A stretch of DNA of 64,000 bases, taken from the IMG/VR virus record IMGVR_UViG_3300006931_000029, positions 62,001-126,000 of that record. One strand, given 5' to 3'. The notes below the pieces were generated by a model that was given only the letters and a program-made list of their open reading frames with translations, had not been told where the DNA came from and did not search any database. This document shows, piece by piece, positions 53,000 to 61,767 of the stretch. Position 1 is the first letter of the stretch. Every line of letters starts with the position of its first letter. A program made the translations under genes and the position numbers.

Positions 53000-54300
53000 T
53001 AGATTTCGTAGAGTCCGTGCAGTCGTGGACCATCCTTGATGGCTGCAAGATGCGCCTTCGTGTAGAGGATATTGTGGTCCTTGTGGAACTGCGACGGAAA
53101 GTAATTCTCAAGGTGCACAATCTGGAAACGGCACGTCGAGCCGAGATGTTTGATGTAGTGCTGCATGTGTTTCTTCGTGTAGTACCAGAAGCTGTTTGAG
53201 TTCCAGAACGACACGTGGCTCGGGTCTTGGTACGCTCCACGCCCATCAGTTGACGGCACTTCGATCAAGAACAAACCTCCGTGGTGCAGAACTCGGTACG
53301 CCTCATTCATAAACTGCACCACCTTGTTAGGATGAATGTGTTCAATCAAATCCTGAGCGCGTAGTGCTCCGACGCTGTTGTCTGGAAATGGCCACGTCTC
53401 TTCGAGATTGGCGATCACGGGCGCGTCGTGAACGTCGACTCCTTCCCAGCCAGGAGGAGGGTTGATTCCGCCGCCGAGATCGAGACAGCGAAGACCTTGC
53501 CGTTTCCAAAAAAAGACAGCAAAATCTTGGATGAACCTGGCGTGGACTTGCCACGTCAGCTGTTCGATCAATTTCTGGTGCTTCAACCACGTGTTGTCGC
53601 CGTGGATCAGATATTTGTAGAGCACCTTCTCGATGTGGTAAAAATTGCCCATGCTCATCTGATAGAGCTTGCACATCAGCTCAAGATCATCGCAAACCAG
53701 CATGTTTTCGTTGTGCCCTCCGACAGCGTTGTAAGCGTCCATTCTCCACGCTCGAACATGGTCAGGAGCATACCAGATTCTCGTGACGTTTTGAGGAATT
53801 GCCAGCGGGTGAACAGCCACTCGGTGAGTTTCCACTGTGGCACCATGAAATTCGCGCTCAGTGTATTCCCAGCCATAAGCCGGACCATAAATTTCAGGTT
53901 TGCCGTCGGCGTGAATTCGCACAGCGTCAGAGAAAACAAAGACGGCGTTAGTCTTCAGGAACGCGGCCAAAACTTCTTCCAGACAATCTACTGATAGCTC
54001 GTCATCGTGGTCGAACTCGACGGCGAAGGGACTCATGGCGTGTTGACACGCCTTCTTTTTCAAAGCGCCGACGTTGATCGAACCATCTTCGTTTTTCTTA
54101 CCCTCAAACGGGAAAAATTTGACGCGCTGATCGTTCTCGACTATTGCGTAGCATTCTTTAGACGAGTTCTTTTGCAGGATTTTGCCGTTGAGCACCACGA
54201 TCCATTCCCAGTCAGTAAGCGTCTGGCGCTTCAAACTTTGGTAGGCTTGCTCAAGCCACTTAATCGAGTTGGTTGGTGTGATAACTGAAATCTGAGCCAT
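52999..54300 (-). CDS. GT2 glycosyltransferase fused to a class I SAM methyltransferase
   Basis: ISVITPT, WIVVLN, EFDHDD and CDDLELM (GT2), followed by LDLGGG, WPFPDNSV and AYRVLHHGG..IEVP (MTase). Confidence 0.88.
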   Translation of the reverse strand: MAQISVITPTNSIKWLEQAYQSLKRQTLTDWEWIVVLNGKILQKNSSKECYAIVENDQRVKFFPFEGKKNEDGSINVGALKKKACQHAMSPFAVEFDHDDELSVDCLEEVLAAFLKTNAVFVFSDAVRIHADGKPEIYGPAYGWEYTEREFHGATVETHRVAVHPLAIPQNVTRIWYAPDHVRAWRMDAYNAVGGHNENMLVCDDLELMCKLYQMSMGNFYHIEKVLYKYLIHGDNTWLKHQKLIEQLTWQVHARFIQDFAVFFWKRQGLRCLDLGGGINPPPGWEGVDVHDAPVIANLEETWPFPDNSVGALRAQDLIEHIHPNKVVQFMNEAYRVLHHGGLFLIEVPSTDGRGAYQDPSHVSFWNSNSFWYYTKKHMQHYIKHLGSTCRFQIVHLENYFPSQFHKDHNILYTKAHLAAIKDGPRLHGLYEI

Positions 54301-54334
54301 GTTGCGTTAGTAGAACGCCCTTAGCTCATCGGAA

Positions 54335-56197
54335 TCACATCGGAATCACGGTCACCCTCATGTCCATCGATCCAGGAGTTAAATCGCCGGCAAGCCAATT
54401 CTGAAGGTTCACACCAACAGTTCCAGATGACACAACGTTTGCGGTCACGACGGCGCCAGTAGGCCAAGCGAAGCCGTCGATCCGGTTGACCATCGCTGCG
54501 TCGTTAATGTCTACACCGCCAAGCGGAACGTTCAGATCGGACGCCAGGCCGGAACCAACGGTTCCAAAATCGTGAGACACGGTTGCTGTGAGTAGCGAGA
54601 TTGAGCCTTGAAATCCTTGAGGACCTTGAAATCCCTGCGAACCTGTGCTTCCTTGAGCGCCGGTATCTCCTTGCGCTCCAGTGCCGCCGGCTGCACCTTG
54701 AAAACCTTGAAAGCCTTGTGTACCCGTTGAGCCTTGAAATCCCTGCGCGCCAGTATCTCCCTGCGCGCCCTGGAAACCTGCTCCTTGAAAACCTTGCGTT
54801 CCAGTCGTCCCTTGAAATCCTTGGCGGCCCTGAAAACCCTGAGCGCCCGTCACACCTTGCGATCCTTGCGCACCAGTAACGCCAGACGGCCCGGCAGGAA
54901 CGAAGTCAACGACGATGTCTTCAAGGTCGCCGAAAGTTCCTTCAGTCAAGAACGGAGACACCGTGAACTTCCTGTAGCCTGTTGCCGTCACGAACAGCGT
55001 GACGTTGAAAAATCCAAAGACGCTAGGATCAACTGGCGAGTAGAAGTGGAAAATACCCTTCAGAGTGCCTGATCCGACAGAGTTAATAGCACCAAGCCAT
55101 GCAGAGACGTCGACGTTGTTGTCGTTAGTCGTGCTGAAATACATTTCCGTCACGGAATCAGGATCGGCGTTGTTGAACGCAATCAAGCCGAGACCAGGGT
55201 CTTGGTCCACGGTGGACGTCGAAAAAGCGTACGGTTGGAAGTTTCCACCGAGATTGCCTTGCGGTCCTTGAAACCCTTGAGCGCCAAGTCCGCCTTGATT
55301 TCCAAGCGGGCCCGGAATTCCTTGTGGACCCGACGAACCCTGCGGACCGGCGATGACGCTGGGAGCGCCTTGCGGTCCTTGAAACCCTTGGAAACCCTGA
55401 AGTCCCTGGCTGCCGACGTTTCCTCTAGCTCCTTGAAACCCTTGCGTTCCCTCAGAGCCTTGAATGCCTTGATTTCCCTGTGATCCGCGCAAAAGAACTT
55501 GAGCCGACAGTTCGCTAGGAGTTTCCGTAGACGTCGTGTCTGCGCCTAGAGTTCCTTCAATGTTCTGCTGCGTAGCAACGTCCAACATTCCGATGATGTC
55601 TTGGCGGACCTGTGCAAGATTATCGACAGCGGCCTGCTGTTCAGCAGTCAAGACTTTCGCATTTTCGCCACCGAGACCAATCCCATTTCGATAATTCTCC
55701 TGTGTCCGTTGAATAACCGGTTGCGTGTACACGCCGACCTGATTCGTGGCGCCGCAAATTGCTCTGGCGCAGTTGACTGCTTGAATGCCAGGGCCAATTC
55801 TCTTTTCAAACTCCTTTGCCGCATCGCTGATCATGCCGTCAACTCGCGCCTGTAGTTGACCCAATTTTGCGAACGGATGCGTGTCGAGATTTCGCAGCAG
55901 CTTCAGGTAGGCTTCGTTTACGGCGTTCTGAAGATCGATCAACGCCTTGCCGTTGAACGGCGGCAAGAGTCCAGGACACAAAGCTTGAAGCTGATTGTAT
56001 TTGTCGATGTCAACCAGCACGATTGCGGTTAACTTAGACGGATCGACCAGAGGAATGTCTAGGCCTGCGTTGAAAAGCAAGTCGGCGACTCGACGCAGTG
56101 CTGCGAAGCGACCAATCAACTTGTTAAGCTGGTCAGTCGCGCCGACCGCGATCGCGTCCAGCATGGCGCAGAGTTCTTGTGGCGTGGACTGAGGCAT
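54335..56197 (-). CDS. collagen-like fibre protein (two Gly-X-Gln/Thr tracts)
   Basis: GXY runs at about 55244-55486 and 54604-54892. Start MPQST (56197) has TAATTAG 4 nt upstream. Confidence 0.8.
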   Translation of the reverse strand: MPQSTPQELCAMLDAIAVGATDQLNKLIGRFAALRRVADLLFNAGLDIPLVDPSKLTAIVLVDIDKYNQLQALCPGLLPPFNGKALIDLQNAVNEAYLKLLRNLDTHPFAKLGQLQARVDGMISDAAKEFEKRIGPGIQAVNCARAICGATNQVGVYTQPVIQRTQENYRNGIGLGGENAKVLTAEQQAAVDNLAQVRQDIIGMLDVATQQNIEGTLGADTTSTETPSELSAQVLLRGSQGNQGIQGSEGTQGFQGARGNVGSQGLQGFQGFQGPQGAPSVIAGPQGSSGPQGIPGPLGNQGGLGAQGFQGPQGNLGGNFQPYAFSTSTVDQDPGLGLIAFNNADPDSVTEMYFSTTNDNNVDVSAWLGAINSVGSGTLKGIFHFYSPVDPSVFGFFNVTLFVTATGYRKFTVSPFLTEGTFGDLEDIVVDFVPAGPSGVTGAQGSQGVTGAQGFQGRQGFQGTTGTQGFQGAGFQGAQGDTGAQGFQGSTGTQGFQGFQGAAGGTGAQGDTGAQGSTGSQGFQGPQGFQGSISLLTATVSHDFGTVGSGLASDLNVPLGGVDINDAAMVNRIDGFAWPTGAVVTANVVSSGTVGVNLQNWLAGDLTPGSMDMRVTVIPM

Positions 56198-56259
56198 TTT
56201 TCTAATTACAACGTTACTTAGGTCTAAGACCTCCACCCAAACCCATTCTTCAAAAGGTA

Positions 56260-56574
56260 ATGAATCACGTCACCAGAGACCAATTAGCAGACACCTTGGC
56301 CTCCAAGCAAGGGCTCACAACGATCGAAGCGCGCAAGACCGTCGACGTTTTTATCGAAGCGCTGGCCGAAGCGCTGGCCGGTGGAAAGGACGTTGAGCTA
56401 CGAGGACTTGGTTCCTTCACGGTGAAACGCACGCGCCCACGCCCTGGTCGCAATCCGATGAAGCCTGAACAGCAAGTCATCATACCTTCGAGACTCGTTG
56501 TCAAGTTCCGACCGGGCAAGATCATCAAAGGCGGTCTTACTAAGCTGAACGAGGCCGCCGCTCCTGTGACATAA
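56260..56574 (+). CDS. hup: HU/IHF histone-like DNA-binding protein
   Basis: VELRGLGSF..RPGRNP..IPSRLVVKFRPG motif. Confidence 0.92.
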   Translation: MNHVTRDQLADTLASKQGLTTIEARKTVDVFIEALAEALAGGKDVELRGLGSFTVKRTRPRPGRNPMKPEQQVIIPSRLVVKFRPGKIIKGGLTKLNEAAAPVT

Positions 56575-56602
56575 CTTCCTGTTTGGAAGTTCGGAATGGG
56601 GA

Positions 56603-57040
56603 GTGGACTTTTTCGTAATCATACCGGAGAAAAGGAATACCGGGTACTGTTGCGTCAAGTTCTGTCGTCACAAAACTCGAAAGAAGTATCACGACGGAAA
56701 CTTTTGCCGTCGCTGCCGAGATAGGCGATACGCGATCAAAAACCCAGTGTCCTACGCCTGGGACAAGTTGCGTTACAGCGCACGGCGCCGCAAGATTCCA
56801 TTTGAATTGACAATGGACCAGTTTCGTGTTTTCTGCATTGAAACAGGTTACATCGAGCAGAAGGGTAAGTCCAGCACATGTCTGACGATCGATCGAGTCG
56901 ACGCATCAAAAGGCTATGCCATCAGCAACATCCAGACGCTGACACAAACAGAAAATGGCCGCAAATCTTACGTCGACAGAAAGTTGGCCGAGTACAAGGC
57001 TCCTGAGATTGAACCGTACGACGAAGAGAATCCGTTTTAA
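56603..57040 (+). CDS. HNH-like endonuclease
   Basis: CRRC, RRRKIPFELT and TIDRVDASKGY..NIQ..EN motifs. Confidence 0.7.
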   Translation: MDFFVIIPEKRNTGYCCVKFCRHKTRKKYHDGNFCRRCRDRRYAIKNPVSYAWDKLRYSARRRKIPFELTMDQFRVFCIETGYIEQKGKSSTCLTIDRVDASKGYAISNIQTLTQTENGRKSYVDRKLAEYKAPEIEPYDEENPF

Positions 57041-59229
57041 GTGTCGGCTTGAGCCGTGAAGTCGGCTGTGAGGAAGTCGCAATCGTTCACCGCCCCGGCG
57101 AGCGACGTGGTTGGGTCGAAGTCGTCGATCCAGAATTCCTCGTGAAACACATAAATGCCGGCCGAGATCATCCACGGCTGGAACGTTTGCTTCGTTGGGA
57201 AAGAATCGGTCGGGTCGACTTGCCTAATTTCTCGATTGGCAATGTCATAGTAAATGCCGTTTGGCGTTAGGGCAGGTTGTCCAATGTCACCCGGGCGCCC
57301 AACTCGAAAAGCGTCTTTCAACCTGGATTCAACCACGAGAATGTAGTTCATCCACGACTCGGTAGATTCCTGTGTCCAAACAGTGGAGTTGGCGAATACC
57401 GGCTGAGTCTCTGCACTGAGCGTATACGCCCGACGGATCGACTCCAAAGCTTTCTGCATGTAGGTTCGCTTCCACAACCGATAGCCGGAAATCTGGGATG
57501 TCTCGCGTTGAGAACCGAATCGACGGATGTCGATCGTTCTCAGGTATAGGCCGCCGATGTTGACGTCATCCAGGAAGAGATTGACAGTCCCTGGATTCGC
57601 GTTGAAGAAGTCAAAGAAGAGCGTGTCAGGACGACCCGATTGACTGGAGAAGATTGCCGTAGACGCGACCGCTCCCATCGTGGCCGTCATTTTGCAACTG
57701 AGATTGCCTTCGCGAACGTTCACAAACTCAACCACGCCTACAGTCAACTTACCAGAGCCGCTATCGGTTCTTTCGATCGTGAATGAACCAACGTCGCCGT
57801 CAGCAGCCAAGACGTAGGAGTTCGAGTAGATGAACGTGCCAGCATCTTGACCATAAAGGATGAAGCCTTCGAAGAGAACCGTACCGTTCCAGATGACGCG
57901 TACTAGGAAATTGTCCGTGTCTGCCGAGTTATCAGCGAACCGGAACCGAACGGTGTAACGGCCTTCGATTAGTTTGATTTGCCAGTTGAGGAAACTCGGT
58001 CCGTTAAGCGTGGCGGTTTCAGAGCCGTCTGCTGGGATGCCATTGAGGTTCAAGCTACCGAATACTCGCGCAATGCGACTAGGTTCAAAATAGATCGCCA
58101 AACGATAGTGAGCAGTTGATGGGTCGGTAATTTGAGGAGTGAAAGAAACTCCAGAGCCAGGCGCGGGAAGATAAACTCCATCCGGCTGGTAGACTGCGCC
58201 AGATGCAAGGCTCACGTCTGCAACCGGATTCGGCTGGTAGTAAATGGGGACGGCGCGGTACGTGTTGATCTTCAGCCTATTCGACTTCTGCCGCCAAAAC
58301 TGGGCGTCTTCGTAGCTAGGACGAGCTCCTCGCACGGCGAGCGTGGTGGATGGATACGTCAACGCCAGCGACCCTCCGAATGGAGTTGAACCACTGCCAT
58401 CAAATGTTTCTCCGAACCATGTCACGGTCCGCAGGAACCGGTCGTAGACGATTCGATTACGATCAACCAAACCAGGTGAGGCGACAAACGTACGATAGCG
58501 TTCACCATCGTCTTTGAGGGTGTAAATCTCTGATTCGCGTGGGCCGTCGATGTCGGTCACTTGGACGTACAGTCGAGTTGCCCGGCTGTAGAGATCGTTG
58601 AGCTCGTACGCAACGTTGGCAATTGCCGTGGCAACCTTGTTATCGCGATCGGCGAGCAGTTGATCCGGTTCCTTGAACATCGGGACTGAAAGCGGAAGTG
58701 AACCGCTAACGGCCGAACGGCGCGTGCTTCCTTCTGCTAACGACCAAACGTCGGTTGGCGTGACGCCAGAAACGATCGATGCAATAGGCGAAACCTCGAA
58801 AACGCTGGCAACCTTAACGAGTGACTCGTACAGAAGCACGTCTCGAGCATAAAGCTGTCGGTCTGTAGTGATCGCTGCGATTGGGCGCGACGACGGTCTA
58901 ACGTGAGTCACAGCGCCTGGAAAAGCCGGCGTCGCCATGTCAGCCGTCGATGCTTGAAGATCGCCCGTTGGGACGCCCTGCACAGCTGGTCTCGTGGTGT
59001 CCAATCCGAAGACTTCAGCCGCTTCAACAGACACCTCAGAAAGCAACGCCATGAGTATGACGTCTCGGTAGGCAAGTTCGAAATCCCGCGCAGCGTATGC
59101 CGTGGCGTCGATCCCTACGTTTGCGTTGACAACGGTCAGTGCGCTACCTGGTACCCGAGATTGACCCCACGCCAGCGTGGTTGGAAGCGGGATGATTCGA
59201 ACAGACTGAAGAGGAGTCGCGAGGGCCAT
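57037..59229 (-). CDS. large structural protein with beta-sandwich segments
   Basis: 730 aa; GRYTVRFRFA..VRVIWNG is carbohydrate-binding-module-like; TACTTAA upstream. Confidence 0.5.
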   Translation of the reverse strand: MALATPLQSVRIIPLPTTLAWGQSRVPGSALTVVNANVGIDATAYAARDFELAYRDVILMALLSEVSVEAAEVFGLDTTRPAVQGVPTGDLQASTADMATPAFPGAVTHVRPSSRPIAAITTDRQLYARDVLLYESLVKVASVFEVSPIASIVSGVTPTDVWSLAEGSTRRSAVSGSLPLSVPMFKEPDQLLADRDNKVATAIANVAYELNDLYSRATRLYVQVTDIDGPRESEIYTLKDDGERYRTFVASPGLVDRNRIVYDRFLRTVTWFGETFDGSGSTPFGGSLALTYPSTTLAVRGARPSYEDAQFWRQKSNRLKINTYRAVPIYYQPNPVADVSLASGAVYQPDGVYLPAPGSGVSFTPQITDPSTAHYRLAIYFEPSRIARVFGSLNLNGIPADGSETATLNGPSFLNWQIKLIEGRYTVRFRFADNSADTDNFLVRVIWNGTVLFEGFILYGQDAGTFIYSNSYVLAADGDVGSFTIERTDSGSGKLTVGVVEFVNVREGNLSCKMTATMGAVASTAIFSSQSGRPDTLFFDFFNANPGTVNLFLDDVNIGGLYLRTIDIRRFGSQRETSQISGYRLWKRTYMQKALESIRRAYTLSAETQPVFANSTVWTQESTESWMNYILVVESRLKDAFRVGRPGDIGQPALTPNGIYYDIANREIRQVDPTDSFPTKQTFQPWMISAGIYVFHEEFWIDDFDPTTSLAGAVNDCDFLTADFTAQADT

Positions 59230-59277
59230 CGGTTTCGCTTAAGTATCCGTGTTGTTAGGACTGAAACATTCCATCCT

Positions 59278-59421
59278 ATGCTCGCATTCCTCGTAGGTCT
59301 CACCATCGGTGCCGTTGTCGGTGTAATCGCAACAATTCTCGTGTTCCGCAAGAACAAGGGAGTTCAGGCTCAGGCCGAATTGGCCGTTGATGCCGTCAAA
59401 CAGAAGATCGACAAGCACTAA
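59278..59421 (+). CDS. 47-aa single-pass membrane protein
   Basis: MLAFLVGLTIGAVVGVIATILVF followed by RKNK; this is the C-terminal part of track ORF 58903..59421. Confidence 0.6.
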   Translation: MLAFLVGLTIGAVVGVIATILVFRKNKGVQAQAELAVDAVKQKIDKH

Positions 59422-59771
59422 GTCTCGTCGTAGACGGGCATTCCGTTCGTCAGCCTCAGTTGGCGGTATTCCGAGCCAACATCGGCGGTCTGGTACTTCA
59501 CGGTCCAGTTGAAGCCGTTGTGGAAATCCGTCCGCCAAACGTCGCGCGCATCCTCAGGGTGGTGATGCCGAATGTGAAGACTTGGCTGCATGTGAAGCAA
59601 GTTGCCGTCGATCCGATATTCCCACGAGACGTTTGAAATCTTCGGCGTTCCGTTCTGGTGGACGTCAATGACACAAACACTCGGCTCTTTCCCTTCAGCC
59701 TTGTAGAGCAGATAGAGGCGTTGAGGAGTCGTCTGAGTCTGAAGAATGGCTGTGCCGACGACTTCGTCCAT
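59418..59771 (-). CDS. hypothetical protein
   Basis: 117 aa with TACGTAA 3 nt upstream. Confidence 0.55.
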   Translation of the reverse strand: MDEVVGTAILQTQTTPQRLYLLYKAEGKEPSVCVIDVHQNGTPKISNVSWEYRIDGNLLHMQPSLHIRHHHPEDARDVWRTDFHNGFNWTVKYQTADVGSEYRQLRLTNGMPVYDET

Positions 59772-59781
59772 GGTTTACGTA

Positions 59782-60228
59782 TCAGAGCTTCGTGACTCGG
59801 AAGTTTCCTGAAACGGAGACGCGCAACTGGGTTTCTTTCGTATTGTTCACTGCGAGAACCGCGTAGGTGTCAGGCGCTTCGAAGTCCCGCCAATAGTAAG
59901 GGTCCATTTGGTTGTAGGTCGGAACGTCACAAGGAACATAGACGAGAGGTTGTCCAGAGTGGAGGTTCAACTGTTCGAACTCCCCGGAGTAAAGACCGGC
60001 AAACGTGATCGCCATGTTCGTCGTCAACTTCTCGGCAACCTCGTTCTGAGTCACCACGTCGATGTAGTGGACGCTCAGCCACCGAAGACTCAACCGATAG
60101 TTCGGCGGAAGTTTCACTGAGCTGACCAGCACCGACGACATCGGATAAATGATTGACTGGGACATGCAAAACGGAATGTCCAGCCACCGACCGAGAGTGC
60201 CGGTTGGAATGTAAGTTGATGGAAGCAC
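59782..60228 (-). CDS. hypothetical beta-rich structural protein
   Basis: 148 aa with TATTTAA 4 nt upstream of GTG. Confidence 0.55.
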   Translation of the reverse strand: MLPSTYIPTGTLGRWLDIPFCMSQSIIYPMSSVLVSSVKLPPNYRLSLRWLSVHYIDVVTQNEVAEKLTTNMAITFAGLYSGEFEQLNLHSGQPLVYVPCDVPTYNQMDPYYWRDFEAPDTYAVLAVNNTKETQLRVSVSGNFRVTKL

Positions 60229-60255
60229 GGGCTTAAATAAGCCTAAATTTTATTG

Positions 60256-60283
60256 TTTACAAAATCCAGCAGAAGCGTATGGT
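60256..60283 (+). promoter_or_regulatory. sigma70-like promoter
   Basis: TTTACA-N16-TATGGT, 7 nt before ATG 60291; identical geometry to 47648. Confidence 0.65.
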
Positions 60284-60290
60284 GGTTGTC

Positions 60291-60689
60291 ATGGACGAGC
60301 GAGCGCTCACAAACAACCTACTGGGTCGTGGCCACTCCGACTCAACCCCAGTTGCCTTTAGACCCTGGGACACCCTTCACGCACGCGTCACTCAAGGAAT
60401 CGTGGCAGGTGCCGTCGGTGACCTATTGATTCTCAATGCAGTCAATGGCTTGACCGACCAACAAGCCGACATGTTTGCAGCCGCAGAGAAGCGCAGAGAA
60501 CTCGAGGAGTACGAAGAAGGTAAGCGAATCCTCGCCAGAAACCAAGAGCGAGCCCACGGCAAGTGGTTAGCCACCCAGAGGCAACTTAAAGCTCCGCCTC
60601 CATTGGAACGTCAACCTGGGGAAAGCGATGCCGTTTTCGCGCTGAAACAGCTAGCGCGTCACGAATTTCTAAGCAAGTTCAGTAGGTAA
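60291..60689 (+). CDS. hypothetical (probable early) protein
   Basis: The ATG at 60291 fits the promoter geometry. Confidence 0.55.
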   Translation: MDERALTNNLLGRGHSDSTPVAFRPWDTLHARVTQGIVAGAVGDLLILNAVNGLTDQQADMFAAAEKRRELEEYEEGKRILARNQERAHGKWLATQRQLKAPPPLERQPGESDAVFALKQLARHEFLSKFSR

Positions 60690-60692
60690 GAC

Positions 60693-61010
60693 GTGGACCC
60701 GAAAGACCTAGTCGAGCGCATGCTGGAGGACGATGACCGTGACCGGTACGATGACGAACCGAGAGACGGCTCTCTCGTCTATGCCACGATCTATCCAATC
60801 GGCGAAGAAGACGTTGACCTGGTGATTCGTTACCACGCGTCGAAAGCCCACCCTGACGATTCAGGCTACCGCCCAGGAGCTTACCACGTTGAAATCGAGG
60901 AGATTGTTCGAGACGACACAAAGGAAGACATCACGCGCAAGCTGACGCAGGATCAGTTCTACGAGCTGCAAGAAAAAGTCTCAGAACACTTCCACCACTA
61001 CGTCCGATGA
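60693..61010 (+). CDS. acidic hypothetical protein with LVERMLED leader
   Basis: 105 aa with TAGGTAA 3 nt upstream. Confidence 0.55.
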   Translation: MDPKDLVERMLEDDDRDRYDDEPRDGSLVYATIYPIGEEDVDLVIRYHASKAHPDDSGYRPGAYHVEIEEIVRDDTKEDITRKLTQDQFYELQEKVSEHFHHYVR

Positions 61011-61171
61011 GCGATAAATCTAAAACCTACGTCGTCACCAAGAACGGCGTCAAAGTCTCCAGCCCTCTTCCACTCGACGAGGCAAATGCGCAGGCAGACC
61101 AACTTCGGTCTCTGACCGAGAGCAAGGGTGAAACTGCAATCATCTCTGTTGTTCCCACGCTGATGGGATAA
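61007..61171 (+). CDS. 54-aa hypothetical protein (not in track)
   Basis: ATGA-coupled ORF MSDKSKTYVVTKNG...PTLMG* fills the gap. Confidence 0.5.
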   Translation: MSDKSKTYVVTKNGVKVSSPLPLDEANAQADQLRSLTESKGETAIISVVPTLMG

Positions 61172-61177
61172 TTAGTC

Positions 61178-61528
61178 ATGGACGACAAGAAGCCGGACGA
61201 ACTGGTCGAGAAGCTGCTTAACGAAGACCCGGGTGACGAGAAGCTCGATCCGGTTTACGTTCAGCGCAGAGATGACGTTCGTCGTCAAGCTGCTGAGCCG
61301 TCCAGAAAGCCGAATCCACGCGAAATGGAAATCGAGCAGGGTGACGACGATGTCGATCCGGAGGAGCAATTTGAGTTGGACCTTCGCGAAGCGATTGAAG
61401 GAACAATCGAAGGTGCAAGAGCCAGAACTTATGCCGAAAATGGCGTGCTGACCCGCAACAAGGGTTTGGTGGTGGATACGTCCTATGGGACGTTCCAAGT
61501 CACGATCGTTCTGAAGAATCGCGCTTAG
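61178..61528 (+). CDS. acidic hypothetical protein with LVEKLLNE leader
   Basis: 116 aa with TAATTAG 2 nt upstream. Confidence 0.6.
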   Translation: MDDKKPDELVEKLLNEDPGDEKLDPVYVQRRDDVRRQAAEPSRKPNPREMEIEQGDDDVDPEEQFELDLREAIEGTIEGARARTYAENGVLTRNKGLVVDTSYGTFQVTIVLKNRA

Positions 61529-61767
61529 TAGCGGATGTGGTGGGCTTCGAGAGACCTGAGCCTAGCTTCAACGTTGGCGTCATAAAGCAACGCTTCAATT
61601 CGGGCTAGCCGTTCTTCGACGGTCATTCCTTTCAGGCCCGAAAGAAATACGCGCTTAGCGAGACTCGCTTTCGCCGTCCGACACGAGGCACAAACTCGAG
61701 AGCCATCTACGACTTCGTGTTTGTCTTGGTCACATTCGATGCAGTGAAAATCAGCGACTAGAGCCAT
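61525..61767 (-). CDS. small CxxC protein
   Basis: CIEC..CASC followed by a leucine-zipper-like helix. Confidence 0.55.
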   Translation of the reverse strand: MALVADFHCIECDQDKHEVVDGSRVCASCRTAKASLAKRVFLSGLKGMTVEERLARIEALLYDANVEARLRSLEAHHIRY

